Shown: in pieces, positions 63,901-64,000 of the stretch
Numbering within the stretch: the first letter of the stretch is position 1
Layout of the letters: every line of letters begins with the position of its first letter
NCBI GenBank assembly: GCA_040954595.2
Contig: CM082596.2
Span: 4,147,025-4,211,024, forward strand
DNA from: Balanoglossus misakiensis
Lineage: Eukaryota; Animalia; Hemichordata
DNA: 64,000 nt
Direction: 5' to 3'
Notes under the pieces: generated by a model
Database searches by the model: none
Told to the model about the DNA's origin: nothing
What the model saw: the letters and a program-made list of their open reading frames with translations, nothing else
Position numbers and translations under genes: made by a program

Positions 63901-64000
63901 AAAAATCGTAAAATCAGACGGGGTTTATTGACCACGCGCCATGAATTTTTTTTATGGAACCCACTGTTTAAACATCGTGTAATTGGGAACTTAATGTGTG

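Noticed and set aside
1-64000. Six-frame ORF track entries as standalone genes; CRISPR arrays, operons, tRNA or rRNA
   Set aside because: All ORFs are under 140 aa, many start at non-ATG codons, and show no recognisable domain; no regularly spaced repeats or structural RNA motifs were seen.

Overview
AT-rich eukaryotic (most likely invertebrate animal) genomic DNA with no long ORF, no recognisable protein domain exon, and no prokaryotic features; almost all ORF-track entries look spurious. The window reads best as the 5' part of one large minus-strand gene whose shared coding exons lie left of position 1. A CpG-rich region at right (about 49.6-64 kb, main promoter near 57.3-57.9 kb) gives way to a CpG-depleted, probably methylated gene body. 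Within it are a series of candidate alternative ATG-bearing first exons that all end in phase 0 (57.2, 35.4, 21.4, 17.9, 16.3, 2.7 kb), symmetric phase-0 internal exons (49.8, 15.8 kb), two frame-preserving microexons (9 nt at 35836, 12 nt at 4187) and a zero-length AG|GTAAGT candidate recursive splice site at 29023. Repeats include two copies of an ~84-bp TTAA-flanked piggyBac-type MITE, decayed LINE and transposon relics, and a strong excess of TACCGGTA/TACATGTA words resembling Tc1/mariner excision footprints. All exon calls were made by eye from splice signals and need RNA-seq; the gene could not be identified.
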